Source: an uncultured cyanobacterium
GTDB taxonomy: Bacteria; Cyanobacteriota; Cyanobacteriia; Cyanobacteriales; CAWCAG01
Direction of reading: 5' to 3'
Assembly: GCA_963803805.1 (NCBI GenBank)
Contig: CAWDOD010000002.1
Location: forward strand, 320,001-384,000
Length of the DNA: 64,000 nt
Numbering within the stretch: position 1 is the stretch's first letter; each line of letters starts with the position of its first letter. The notes under the pieces were generated by a model. That model worked only from the letters and a program-made list of their open reading frames with translations. It was not told the DNA's origin and did no database searches. Below, piece after piece: positions 41,217 through 51,707 of this stretch. Both the position numbers and the translations under genes were made by a program.

Positions 41217-42302
41217 ATGAAAATTGGCGTTCCTAAAGAAACGAAAGATCAAGAGTTTCGCGTTGGTTTAACCCCCAATAGTGTCAGAGTCCTTCAAGAG
41301 AATAATCATCAAGTCTTCGTGGAAACCCAAGCTGGCAGAGGAGCAGGTTTTAGGGACGAGGATTATCAAAAAGCTGGAGCAATAATTGTTTCTGAGGCTA
41401 CCAAAGCTTGGCATCAAGAGTTAATCGTCAAAGTGAAAGAACCTCTCCTTTCAGAATACCAATATTTAAACAAAGAACAGATCCTCTTTACTTACCTGCA
41501 CTTAGCCGCAGATCGGCCCTTAACCGAAGCCTTAGTCAACTCCGGAGTTACAGCAATCGCCTATGAAACCGTTGCTTTACCCAACGGACAGTTGCCTTTA
41601 CTTGCACCAATGAGTGTTATTGCGGGTCGCCTCTGTGTCCAATTAGGCGCTCACTATTTAGAAAAACAACAAGGGGGGCGAGGAATACTTTTAGGAGGCT
41701 GTCCTGGGGTTCGTCCCGCTAGGGTGGTTATTTTAGGTGGTGGTGTTGTTGGTACAGAAGCAGCCCGAATTGCTGTGGGTATGGGGGCTAAGGTACAAAT
41801 TATTGATATCAATGTCGAAAGGTTGAGTTATTTAGAAACTATCTTCGGTTCTATGGTAGAACTACTTTATAGCAGTTCTGCTCAAATTGAAGCTGTTGTT
41901 CCCGAAGCTGATTTACTGATTGGTGCTGTATTAATTTTAGGTCGTCGTCCTCCTATTTTAGTTAACCGCGATTTAGTAAAAAAAATGTCTCCAGGTGCAG
42001 TGATTATTGATGTAGCAGTGGATCAAGGAGGCTGTATAGAAACTCTACGAACTACCTCTCACAGCCAGCCTAGTTACACAGAAGAAGGAGTAGTTCATGT
42101 TGGTATACCTAACCTTCCTGGTGCTGTGCCTTGGACTGCGGCACAAGCTCTGAATAATAGCACTCTCCCCTATGTTTTAAGGTTAGCTAATGCAGGTTTG
42201 CCAGCTTTAGAGAATGATACAGCCCTAGCTGGAGGGTTGAACGTCAAAAATCACCACTTAGTACACCCAGCAGTTCAGGAAGTTTTTACAGATTTGGTTT
42301 AG
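41217..42302 (+). CDS. ald: Alanine dehydrogenase
   Basis: MKIGVPKE, FTYLHLAA, GGGVVG, DVAVDQGGC. Confidence 0.96.
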   Translation: MKIGVPKETKDQEFRVGLTPNSVRVLQENNHQVFVETQAGRGAGFRDEDYQKAGAIIVSEATKAWHQELIVKVKEPLLSEYQYLNKEQILFTYLHLAADRPLTEALVNSGVTAIAYETVALPNGQLPLLAPMSVIAGRLCVQLGAHYLEKQQGGRGILLGGCPGVRPARVVILGGGVVGTEAARIAVGMGAKVQIIDINVERLSYLETIFGSMVELLYSSSAQIEAVVPEADLLIGAVLILGRRPPILVNRDLVKKMSPGAVIIDVAVDQGGCIETLRTTSHSQPSYTEEGVVHVGIPNLPGAVPWTAAQALNNSTLPYVLRLANAGLPALENDTALAGGLNVKNHHLVHPAVQEVFTDLV

Positions 42303-42765
42303 GAAGCAAAAACAAGCAAACCCGCCTCTCTAGGCGGGTTGTCTACTGTAAAAATGAATGAGATTTCGATTAATTGCTTGATGTTTAACTGAAAATAAGG
42401 TGGACAAAAGTTAATTTACTAAGGTTAACAAGAGGCCACTCAACCAAAACTCACTTTAGCTTTTACACCTAATTCGCCAATTCAGACGATAGTTATGATC
42501 ACTACACTTAAAAAACAAAACCATGAAAACTTGGAAAGAATTAACTGTGAAGTTCAGTGCAGAACCATCTAAGTAAGTGGTGTAATGAAGAAGGAGTGTT
42601 GAGCCGAATTATAAGCAGGGGACGCAGGCTTTAATTCGCATTTCTAATTTTTTCTACGAAGGTATTAACTTCGTTTGCGCCTACTTTTAAATTAACACCT
42701 AGTTTAGAAAAGATAAAGGGTCTTGTTACTAACTTTTACAGTATTTAATTAATTGACATTCTTGA

Positions 42766-43569
42766 TTAATAATTATTTAAGCAAGTATTCTCTAAGGGCA
42801 AATCCCCAGGCTGTCTTAATCGGCCATCTTCCAAATAAAGGATCGTATCAGCAATATCCATAATGCGGCTGTCGTGGGTAACAATGATAACGGTACTTCC
42901 CCCTTCTTTAGCCAAACCACGCAATAATTCCACAATACTATGTCCACTATGGGAATCAAGGGAGGCTGTTGGTTCATCCGCCATAATTAAAGGAGGATTA
43001 CCTACTAAAGCACGGGCGATCGCAACTCTTTGTTTTTGTCCTCCGGATAGGTCTTTAGGGCGTAAATTAGCTTTGTCAGCTAAACCTACTTGAATCAATA
43101 GCTTTTGCGTTTGTTCCTTCGCTACTTTTTTGCCTAAGCCCTTAATTTCATAAGCTAATTCCACATTCTCTGTGGCACTCAAAGCCGGAAATAAGTTAAA
43201 ACCTTGAAAAATAAAGCCAATATTGTCCCGCCTAAATCTCGCTAATTGCTTTTGGGACATTTTTGTAATTTCTGAGTTTAGTAGATGTACTTGTCCTGAT
43301 GTCGGAGTTAGTAAACCTGCCAAAATGGAGAGTAAAGTTGTTTTACCTGAACCAGAAGGTCCCATTAAAAGTTGAAGATCTCCCTTTTTCACCTCCAAAT
43401 TAACCCTTCTTAAGGCCTGAAAATGTTCTACCCCAGAATAGAACACCATATCAAGCTTTTTTGCTGCAACAGCAATCTCAGTTTTAGTCTTGATTTTGCC
43501 AAGGGTTGTAAAAGCATCTGGGTTGTAAGTTTTATTCAGTCTCAAAGTTTCTGTAGGGGATTCAGACAT
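42766..43569 (-). CDS. ABC transporter ATP-binding protein (DevA/LolD-like)
   Basis: GPSGSGKTT, IGFIFQGFNLF, LSGGQKQRVAIAR, ADEPTASLD. Confidence 0.92.
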   Translation of the reverse strand: MSESPTETLRLNKTYNPDAFTTLGKIKTKTEIAVAAKKLDMVFYSGVEHFQALRRVNLEVKKGDLQLLMGPSGSGKTTLLSILAGLLTPTSGQVHLLNSEITKMSQKQLARFRRDNIGFIFQGFNLFPALSATENVELAYEIKGLGKKVAKEQTQKLLIQVGLADKANLRPKDLSGGQKQRVAIARALVGNPPLIMADEPTASLDSHSGHSIVELLRGLAKEGGSTVIIVTHDSRIMDIADTILYLEDGRLRQPGDLPLENTCLNNY

Positions 43570-44148
43570 TAGTCACTAACATTGTTCTAGTGGTTAGGGA
43601 TGGCAAGAAATAAATAGGGGCTTTCTTTTAAGTTTAAGATACAATCTGCTAGGTTTTTGAATGACTCACCTCGTTAGATTGTCTTGATTGACTTCGGTTA
43701 ATAACCCTGAAGCTTGATAAAACAAGTATTTCAGAATCAAATGAAATGAAGTTGAGTTGTTGCAGATGAGTGTTTGTATATCTTGATATCTTGACGCTAT
43801 TGCCGATTGTCTAGTTTTTCAAGCTGATTCCTATTAAGGGTGTTGCTGGCGTAGACAGCAAGGATAGTTAAAGAAACCGATTCTACAGGTCTTGCTCATA
43901 ACTACAGTCAAATCTAATACATTTCCTTAAATTGATTTTTTATAGCAAAGAAAAGAACTCGATTTAATGACTATAAACCTCAATTTTCCTATGAAATTTT
44001 TCAGACTATGCAGTCATCAAATATTGCTCCTAAAGTACCTCGGTTTGAGCAAAGTAATACCAAATCCGGTTAAGATAAACCCGCTATAAAATTTCGGAAT
44101 AAATGTCTCAAAGCCTGTAAAGCAAATAACTCTTGGTTTTAGCTGTAA

Positions 44149-45498
44149 CTAACACTGCACTTGGGAAAATACCCTTAGAGAACCATTATCATTTTGCTTA
44201 TTTCTACTAGCTGCCATCATAAGCAAATTGTAACGAACATTCTCAGCATAGATAGTTAAAGTAATAGTTAAAACTTCCAAAAAAGCAACTAGTTCTTCAC
44301 AGTTACTACCTTCAGTTTTTTGATGATACTGAATTAAATAAGCTAAACGGGATTCTAAATGAACATAACTTTGTTTGCAAATTAAAACTATCCTCAACAG
44401 AATTATTGCTAAAGGAATAAACTTTTGACCATCGCTCAACTGAGTAAATTGTGAGGAAGGCTCACCCTTACTTTGGGTGGTAAAATAATCTACTAAGCGA
44501 TTACAAGTTCTGAGCAATAAAGACTCATCTAAAACTTCTTGATTATGTTCTGGATATAGGGTTCTCACATATTTATTTAGCTCCCGCTTTAAATCTCTCG
44601 TCCAATCTTTCCCAGCAAAAGCAAAAGTCAAATACTTAACCAAACTTTTCTTAAACTCTTGGTAACGTGTTCGGTGAGTTTGCTTGAGGAAAATGTTAGC
44701 CAAATTTTCATGGCTAAAAGAGTTACGTTTCACCAGAAGTCTTTGCAGTAACTCTAGTACTTTATCTCCTAAAGCAGTAGGGTTTTCTCGATTTTTTTCC
44801 CTAGCTGTCTTAGAATTGGCATGAGCAGTATACATCGCTAATTCCATCTTAAACTGCTCTTTAAGCTGGTGAGAAACAAGCATAGCTGCTTCCTTTTGTT
44901 CAGGAGACTTTTTGTCATCAGTGTATTGAGAAGCCAACAAGTAACTTGCGTAACGATCGCTCCAAGTTTTCTTTTCTTTTTTGTTGAATTTTGCAGTAAA
45001 AACCTTCAGGTCTTGATAATCTTGTAGTTGGCAAAAATTATCTAACCACTGCTGCAATCTTTTTTTGTGGAGAGAAACACACTTTTTATTTTCTGGCTGA
45101 GACTCAAAAAGCTCAACTAACTGTTGAATATATTGATATTGCCTTTGAGTACTCCAATTATTAATCAGGATGTAGCAGCAGCGTTTTAAAGTTTCCCGAA
45201 AAGTTTCTTCCTGTTGCAAAGCAACAATTTCATATAAAGCTTTGTGTACTTCTGATTGAGAAGCACTGGCACGATCAACAAACAGAGTCTTAAATTCCTT
45301 TAACATCTCTTCCGGAGAATGTTTTCTCACCTTGCTAAGGAAAAATTGGCAAATAAACTGTTGAGGATTAGCAAGATAGTCTTTCTCCTGTGAGCTATTT
45401 AACCGAAACTTTTCGACTTGGTACACCTGGTTGCTTCTATCCATAGTTAAGGAATATTGGTTAGCTATGGTATTGGTAAGACCCTGTACTTTCATCAT
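44149..45498 (-). CDS. Conserved hypothetical protein (helical)
   Basis: 449-aa ORF; RCCYILINNW and NPTALG patterns seen in cyanobacterial hypotheticals. Confidence 0.8.
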   Translation of the reverse strand: MMKVQGLTNTIANQYSLTMDRSNQVYQVEKFRLNSSQEKDYLANPQQFICQFFLSKVRKHSPEEMLKEFKTLFVDRASASQSEVHKALYEIVALQQEETFRETLKRCCYILINNWSTQRQYQYIQQLVELFESQPENKKCVSLHKKRLQQWLDNFCQLQDYQDLKVFTAKFNKKEKKTWSDRYASYLLASQYTDDKKSPEQKEAAMLVSHQLKEQFKMELAMYTAHANSKTAREKNRENPTALGDKVLELLQRLLVKRNSFSHENLANIFLKQTHRTRYQEFKKSLVKYLTFAFAGKDWTRDLKRELNKYVRTLYPEHNQEVLDESLLLRTCNRLVDYFTTQSKGEPSSQFTQLSDGQKFIPLAIILLRIVLICKQSYVHLESRLAYLIQYHQKTEGSNCEELVAFLEVLTITLTIYAENVRYNLLMMAASRNKQNDNGSLRVFSQVQC

Positions 45499-45688
45499 GC
45501 CTGAGATATAGAACTGGGATGATAATAATTATGCCGTCTGGACTGGATTATCTCAGTGACTGTACATGATATGTCAAGATGACATTTATCTTATGCTTGA
45601 CGTGAAAGCAGTTACAGATTAGGGGTGACACCCATCACAATAGGAGTAAGTAGAAATCTCCGAGAGAATTGCTAGAGATAGATAATTT

Positions 45689-46810
45689 ATGAATATTGCC
45701 GTTGTTATTGAAGAATTCTTACAAATTGATGAGGCAACGAAAGAATTTATAATTAGGCTTGGGGTGAAACTAGGTATCTTTTGTGTCTTTATTCTTCTTT
45801 CTTTAGTCGTAGGAAGATACACCCCTTCTTTAATTAGAGTAGGGATACACCGTTTTTTTCCAGAGCAATTTTCTACTATCTACGCTAGTCTCGTAGAGCC
45901 AATAGAGAGCTTATTAAGAATCACTGGTACATTTATTTTAATTGCCCTTTCTCTCAACTTCATCGGAGAGTATGAAGGCTTTTATTGGTTTTTACGCTTT
46001 TTCAGCGATTTGGCTTTGATTTTTACTACCGCTATGCTAGCATCTCGGCTATTTCGGCAAATAGTCAGGTTATATGGCATAGATTTGATTCGGAAAATGG
46101 GGCGAGAGGTTGATGAATTGTTATTAATTGCTGAAACCTTAGCTAACGTGGTTATTGGTTTTGTGGCAGTAGTAACTTTTGCGAAAAATCAAGGCATAGA
46201 TTTAGTCGGTTTACTTGCTGGCTTGGGTATTGGTGGTTTAGCGATCGCCTTTGCAGCTCAAAAAACTTTAGAACAGTTAATTGCCACAGTCGTCTTATAC
46301 TTAGATCGCCCCTTTGTGGTTGGGGAATATATCCGTGTCCCCACTGGTTTATTCGGGCGAGTTGAATCTATTGGTCTACGTTCTACTAAAATTCGTACAG
46401 CGGCCAAAAGTACCTTAATGATCGTTCCTAATTCAACCATGGTAAGTTGGGAAATTGAAAATATTACCAGGGGAAAAAAGGTTATGGTATTACTTTATCT
46501 CAATTTTCCTCAAGGCTTACAGGAACAAGAACAGGCTTTAGTAGAGCAAATAATTAAAGAGAGTACCGATGCCTTATTTGGTATCGATCCTGGCAGTACT
46601 AATATCAGCTTATTTAAACCGGAAGAGGGAGAAGGTACAAGGGCAAGAATTACCTTTTTCATCTTAGGTTCCAATGAAAATTCTCTTCAGTTACGTAAAC
46701 GTTTACTAGAACTTGCTAATAACACTATTGCCAAAAAACTTGCTGCTCGTAACATTGAGTTTGTGCTACAAACCCCTACTATTTATGTAGATTCTCCCAT
46801 CACCATTTAA
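45689..46810 (+). CDS. MscS family mechanosensitive channel
   Basis: LLAGLGIGGLAIAFAAQ, DRPFVVGEYI, GRVESIGLRSTKIRT, VPNS. Confidence 0.93.
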   Translation: MNIAVVIEEFLQIDEATKEFIIRLGVKLGIFCVFILLSLVVGRYTPSLIRVGIHRFFPEQFSTIYASLVEPIESLLRITGTFILIALSLNFIGEYEGFYWFLRFFSDLALIFTTAMLASRLFRQIVRLYGIDLIRKMGREVDELLLIAETLANVVIGFVAVVTFAKNQGIDLVGLLAGLGIGGLAIAFAAQKTLEQLIATVVLYLDRPFVVGEYIRVPTGLFGRVESIGLRSTKIRTAAKSTLMIVPNSTMVSWEIENITRGKKVMVLLYLNFPQGLQEQEQALVEQIIKESTDALFGIDPGSTNISLFKPEEGEGTRARITFFILGSNENSLQLRKRLLELANNTIAKKLAARNIEFVLQTPTIYVDSPITI

Positions 46811-46818
46811 CTAGAAAT

Positions 46819-47067
46819 ATGTCTAAGCAAGCAATCACCGTTGGCCATAAAGTCCGGGTAACAACCTTGCCACCCTATGTTAAAACAGCAGAACCAATGC
46901 CTATGTTAAGACCACCTCATGTTATCGCCGTAGGCGAAGAAGGAGTTGTGATTGATCGCCGTCCTGGAGGGTATTGGGGAGTTCGCTTCCAAGGAGGCAA
47001 CTTCCTTTTGGAAGGGCAATATTTAGAGGTAGTTGGTGAAACTGAAGAGATGAAACACCAAGAGTAA
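46819..47067 (+). CDS. sipA: NblS/Hik33-interacting protein SipA (DUF3148)
   Basis: PPYVKTAEPMPMLRPP...GEEG...RRPGGYWGVRF. Confidence 0.88.
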   Translation: MSKQAITVGHKVRVTTLPPYVKTAEPMPMLRPPHVIAVGEEGVVIDRRPGGYWGVRFQGGNFLLEGQYLEVVGETEEMKHQE

Positions 47068-47092
47068 AGTTAGTTAAATTAACTATTGCCAA

Positions 47093-47184
47093 CGGAGAGG
47101 GAGGGATTCGAACCCTCGGTACGGAGTTACCAACCGTACAGCAGATTAGCAATCTGCCGCTTTCAACCGCTCAGCCACCTCTCC
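47093..47184 (-). tRNA. tRNA-Ser (GCT)
   Basis: GGAGAGGTGGCTGAGCGGTTGAAAGCGGCAGATTGCTAATCTGC...long variable arm...GAGGGTTCGAATCCCTCCCTCTCCG. Confidence 0.96.
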
Positions 47185-47515
47185 AGGGTGACAGAATAAG
47201 AATGTAACATACTTTTGCCTAATTTGTCTGCAAATCTATTCAAAAAGTTTTCTACTTCTAGATAATAAAAACATATAACTTTTGTCATAGTGTTGTAAAC
47301 AAAAGTTGTGATAGCTTATGAATTGAGATATAATTTCGGCGATTTTTGCTTTTATGGCATTAATTGACTAAAATTGTTAGGTAATTAGTCTTACGTTTAT
47401 TTAGTTAAGGCTTACATAAGGAGAAAAACCTCAGTAAACCTTAACAAATCTTGCAATCATCTTCATTTAGAGTCTGAATTGCCCTGAATAAATTAAGTTT
47501 AGGGACTAAAAAAAT

Positions 47516-48790
47516 ATGAATACCAAAAATAAAAAGCACATTGCCCTGATTTCTGTCCACGGCGACCCCGCAGTGGAAATAGGTAAAGAAGAAGCAGGTG
47601 GGCAGAACGTCTACGTTCGTCAAGTAGGAGAGGCATTGGCTCAGCAAGGATGGAGTGTGGATATGTTCACTCGCCAATCCCACGCTGACGAGCCTAAGAT
47701 TATTAATCATGCTCCTAACTGTCGAACAATCCGCTTAACGGCGGGGCCAGAAGACTTTGTGCCGCGACAAGAAATATTTGGTTATCGTGAGGAATTTGTA
47801 GCGCAATTCCTGCAATTCATGGAGCAAGAAAATATTGACTATGAGCTAATCCACAGTAATTACTGGATTTCTGGGTGGGTAGGATTAGAACTAAGCCAAA
47901 AGCTAGCCATCCCCTTAGCTCACACCTATCATTCTCTCGGTGCAGTTAAGTACGAGTCTGTGTCTGCGATCCCCATGATTGCTACCACTCGTTTAGCAGT
48001 AGAAAAGCGCTGTTTAGAAAATGCGGATCGTATAGTTGCCACAAGTCCCCAAGAAAAGGAACATATGCGATCGCTGGTTTCTAAACAAGGAAACATTGCA
48101 ATTATTCCTTGTGGTACTGATATCGAACGTTTTGGTGGCATAACCAAAGCTGAAGCCAGGGAAAAATTGAGTATTGATCCCCAAGCCAAGGTTATATTTT
48201 ACGTAGGGCGTTTTGATCCCCGCAAAGGAATTGAAACCCTAGTCAGAGCAGTAGGTCATTCCCAGTGGCAGGATAAGGACAATCTGAAGCTTATTATTGG
48301 CGGTGGTTCTCGTCCTGGTCACAGTGACGGTATTGAAAGGGAGCGAATCGAGAAAATCGTTGCTGAATTAGGAATTGAGCAACATACAGAATTCCCAGGC
48401 CGCGTCGGCGACGAAGATTTACCCTTATACTTCGCTGCTGCTGATGTATCTGTAGTACCGAGTCACTACGAACCTTTCGGTTTAGTAGCTATTGAGGCTA
48501 TGGCAAGTGGCACTCCCGTGATTGCTAGCGATGTGGGAGGGTTACAATATACCGTAGTTTCAGAAGAGACGGGTCTACTTGCCCCTCCCCAAGATACAGA
48601 AGCTTTTGCCACAGCCATTAATCGCATTCTGGACGATTCCCAATGGCGGGATCAATTAGGTAAAAATGCTAGAAAGAGAGTAGAAGAGAAGTTTAGTTGG
48701 CAAGGGGTAGCTTCTCAGTTGAACAAGTTATATATGCAGTTAATTGAAGAAAATAATGCCTCTTTGAAGCCAGCTAAAGCTACTGCTTAG
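47516..48790 (+). CDS. GT4 glycosyltransferase, unidomain sucrose-phosphate-synthase/MshA-like
   Basis: ALISVHGDP...AGGQNVYV, HSNYW, HTYHSLG, RKG, YEPFGLVAIEAMASG. Confidence 0.85.
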   Translation: MNTKNKKHIALISVHGDPAVEIGKEEAGGQNVYVRQVGEALAQQGWSVDMFTRQSHADEPKIINHAPNCRTIRLTAGPEDFVPRQEIFGYREEFVAQFLQFMEQENIDYELIHSNYWISGWVGLELSQKLAIPLAHTYHSLGAVKYESVSAIPMIATTRLAVEKRCLENADRIVATSPQEKEHMRSLVSKQGNIAIIPCGTDIERFGGITKAEAREKLSIDPQAKVIFYVGRFDPRKGIETLVRAVGHSQWQDKDNLKLIIGGGSRPGHSDGIERERIEKIVAELGIEQHTEFPGRVGDEDLPLYFAAADVSVVPSHYEPFGLVAIEAMASGTPVIASDVGGLQYTVVSEETGLLAPPQDTEAFATAINRILDDSQWRDQLGKNARKRVEEKFSWQGVASQLNKLYMQLIEENNASLKPAKATA

Positions 48791-48824
48791 ATTGCATTTT
48801 CATAAAAAAGGGACATCTCTAGGT

Positions 48825-48839
48825 AGGTGTCCCTTTTTT
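48825..48839. terminator. Bidirectional terminator (right arm; the hairpin spans ~48804-48839)
   Basis: AAAAAAGGGACATCT...AGGTGTCCCTTTTTT between converging genes. Confidence 0.7.
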
Positions 48840-48880
48840 AGCTTTTTAACTTATTTACTACTCCCTGCTCCCTGTTTAGA

Positions 48881-49606
48881 TTACATATAATTAACAATGC
48901 GAGCAAAACCGACCGGATCTAAACTTGCTCCTCCTACTAATACTCCATCAATTTCTGGTTGGGCCATAATTTCGTCGATATTATTTGGTTTGACAGAACC
49001 GCCATATTGAATAGTAGTGTGTTTGTAGTCTAGTTGAGAGCGAATTAAACCAATAACACGGTTTGCTTCTTTGCTGGCACAGGTTTCTCCTGTACCAATG
49101 GCCCAAATAGGTTCGTAGGCAATGACGAGTTGACTTTGATCTATATCTACTAAGTCTTTCTCTAGCTGCCCTTCGATCACAGCTTCAGTTTCTCCAGCAT
49201 CCCTTTGTTCCTTAGTTTCACCGACACAGAGAATGGGAACAAAACTGTGGCGTTGGGCTGCTTTTAAACGCAAGTTTACCGTCTCATCAGTTTCCCCAAA
49301 GTATTGACGGCGTTCGCTATGGCCGACAATAACATACATAATTCCTGTATCTTTGAGCATAGGACCAGAAATCTCCCCTGTATAGGCTCCAGAGTCTTCC
49401 CAGTGGATATTTTGGGCGGCTAAACGAACTCTACTACCATGAAGATTTTTGGACGTGATACCCAAAGCAGTGAAGGGTGTACCAAGAACAACTTCTCTAT
49501 CTGTAGGTGCTTCATTTATTTCTTTGAGGAATGATTGTAAAAAATTCAAAGACTCTTCCTGAGTCTTATTCATTTTCCAGTTTCCGGCAATAATTACTTT
49601 TCTCAC
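48881..49606 (-). CDS. tpiA: Triosephosphate isomerase
   Basis: [36 protein letters not shown]. Confidence 0.98.
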   Translation of the reverse strand: MRKVIIAGNWKMNKTQEESLNFLQSFLKEINEAPTDREVVLGTPFTALGITSKNLHGSRVRLAAQNIHWEDSGAYTGEISGPMLKDTGIMYVIVGHSERRQYFGETDETVNLRLKAAQRHSFVPILCVGETKEQRDAGETEAVIEGQLEKDLVDIDQSQLVIAYEPIWAIGTGETCASKEANRVIGLIRSQLDYKHTTIQYGGSVKPNNIDEIMAQPEIDGVLVGGASLDPVGFARIVNYM

Positions 49607-49869
49607 AGCTTAAATATTTTCTTTCTCTAAACAGATTGCAAAGTTTAGTGTATAACTTTGGGGGAATAAGAGTGAAATTGGTTGTTATAATAGGGCGTAG
49701 GGAGTAGGGGGCAAACAGTTGCTATTTGGTAAGTTGGAGATTTCTCAAGAGAAATCTCCCAGAAAAAAATTCTGCCAAAAGCAATTAGCTAATTGCTAAT
49801 TGCTAGTCGCTAAAATCTTAGACTTTAGAGGATATTTTATTCATTTCAATTGTGGTTAGTAATTAAGGG

Positions 49870-51505
49870 CTAGCATAGTTCATTACGCTTCAGCAACGCC
49901 TTCTTTTCTAGTCTACAAAACCAGTGCGATCGCAAGACTAAAATCCCAACTCCCAGAGGTAATACTATCAATAGCCCGAAAAGTTGCAAAGCTACCATGC
50001 CCTGACTAGCGATTTTGTCGAGATCATCAAGACGTTGATATAACAAAACCAAAAACACTAGTAGTAATAGCCCCAACAATCCTACTTCCTGGGGAGATAT
50101 TTTGCCCCATCCTGTTACCTTAAGAGGGCGACGCAAACACCGAAGAATCCAACTAGCAACTCTTTGTACCAAGGTTAAGGTCAAGCCAGGTTGAATTAAT
50201 TCTAAAGCGGCTAAAGCGAGAAAAAGCCAACTTGGTTGCAGGTTGAGGGTATAGGATTCTAATAAAACCACTTTTGCTGCTTGGCCATAGTTGTAAAGAA
50301 TAAAAATAAGCCATTGTAGTAAAAATTGCGGTAATTTTAGCAACGCAAGAGGGTTAGCCCACAATTCATTTCCCCCTCGCCATAAACCAGATAAGCAAAA
50401 TGCCCCCAAGCCTAAAGCCCCATACAAGGCCGTTATAGCTACAACTTTGGTTATATTTCTACAGTGGCGCAAAGCATAATTGCTAATTAGTTGGAGGAGA
50501 AGGGCTAAGATGAGCAGATTACTCATTTCTAAAGCCCAAGAAACTGCCATAGTGACGGTTAACAACCCCGCTATGCCATAGCGAATAGTTCGGTAAGAAG
50601 AATCTTTAAATTGATGTTCCCAAGATTTAGCCAAAAATAGAACTAACCCAACTCCGCCCTCAAGACAAGCAGTAAACCTAGCAATAACACCAAGAATAAA
50701 CCAAGAAACAAAGAGAGGTTTTTCTGAGGTAGGTATGTTTAAAGATCGTTGTGACCAATTAATCACCTGGGCTATTAAATTGGGGTCATAGGGAGCTGTA
50801 AAGTGATCTGTTGTGGGGGAAATAACTAACTTGCGGGCTGTTCCTTCCTGGAAATTATCACAAACACCATCTGGACAAACATTTTGCCACATTTGCCGCA
50901 AATCCTGGGGAGGATTAAGTTGTTCGTATAAACCAACACCAAGAAAAAGATTAGCTGGAGTTTTAGGGCTTGCTGCCCCACTAATACTTAAAACCACCGT
51001 CGCTTTAACTTGCGGTTCAATTTGGGCTAATTCTAAAGCAGTCGTCCCCCCCAAAGAGTGACCAATAATTCCAATACGTTGGGCATCAAATTTTTGAGGG
51101 TGGGAATCTTACAAATTCTAAAACCGCTTGGGCATCAGCAACCGTACTCTCTTCTAAGCTATTCATAGATTTATTTGGAATGCTTAAAGGGTAAGATTCT
51201 CCATAGCCACCAAAGTCAAAAGCAATAGCGGCAATTCCCTGTCTGGCTAATTCCATCGCCAATGGTGTCATTGATTCTTTGCTGGCATTAACCCCATGAC
51301 ACAAAATCATTACTGGTTGAGGTTTTGGTGTGGTTTGGGGAATATAGAGACGAGCGATTAAAGACTGTTGTGAATTAACCTCAATGGCGACGGCTTGAGA
51401 TTTGAGAGCAATAGTTGGGTTAAAACAAATCCAGAGGATTATTCCCAAACACAACCAAAGGAGATAAGTAGGCGATCGCCAACATCTCTGATTAATGAAA
51501 CGCAT
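49870..51505 (-). CDS. Alpha/beta hydrolase with C-terminal membrane domain; frameshift near 51090
   Basis: ILCHG and FDFGGYGES in the first ORF; the shifted frame reads FDAQRIGIIGHSLGG (nucleophile elbow) into the second ORF with several TM helices. Confidence 0.8.
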
Positions 51506-51707
51506 CTATACAACTCGGCACTTTACCGGTGAACATTGATAAATTGATAGTTGGTTAATTTGGTTTAAAACCTATATCAATTGTGATTAACAATAGGTTT
51601 TTTCTATAGTAATCAGAAAAAAGCTGTTAAAAATAAAACTCTTACCATGACCAATAACCTATAGAATAGGGAGAATTTGCCCAACCGTATCTACTTGTAT
51701 CAAAGCT

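Noticed and set aside
42310-42760. Possible sRNA, riboswitch or small ORF between ald and the ABC ATPase
   Set aside because: GGGACGCA only loosely recalls a c-di-GMP-I riboswitch and the other elements are missing; no convincing start-containing ORF.
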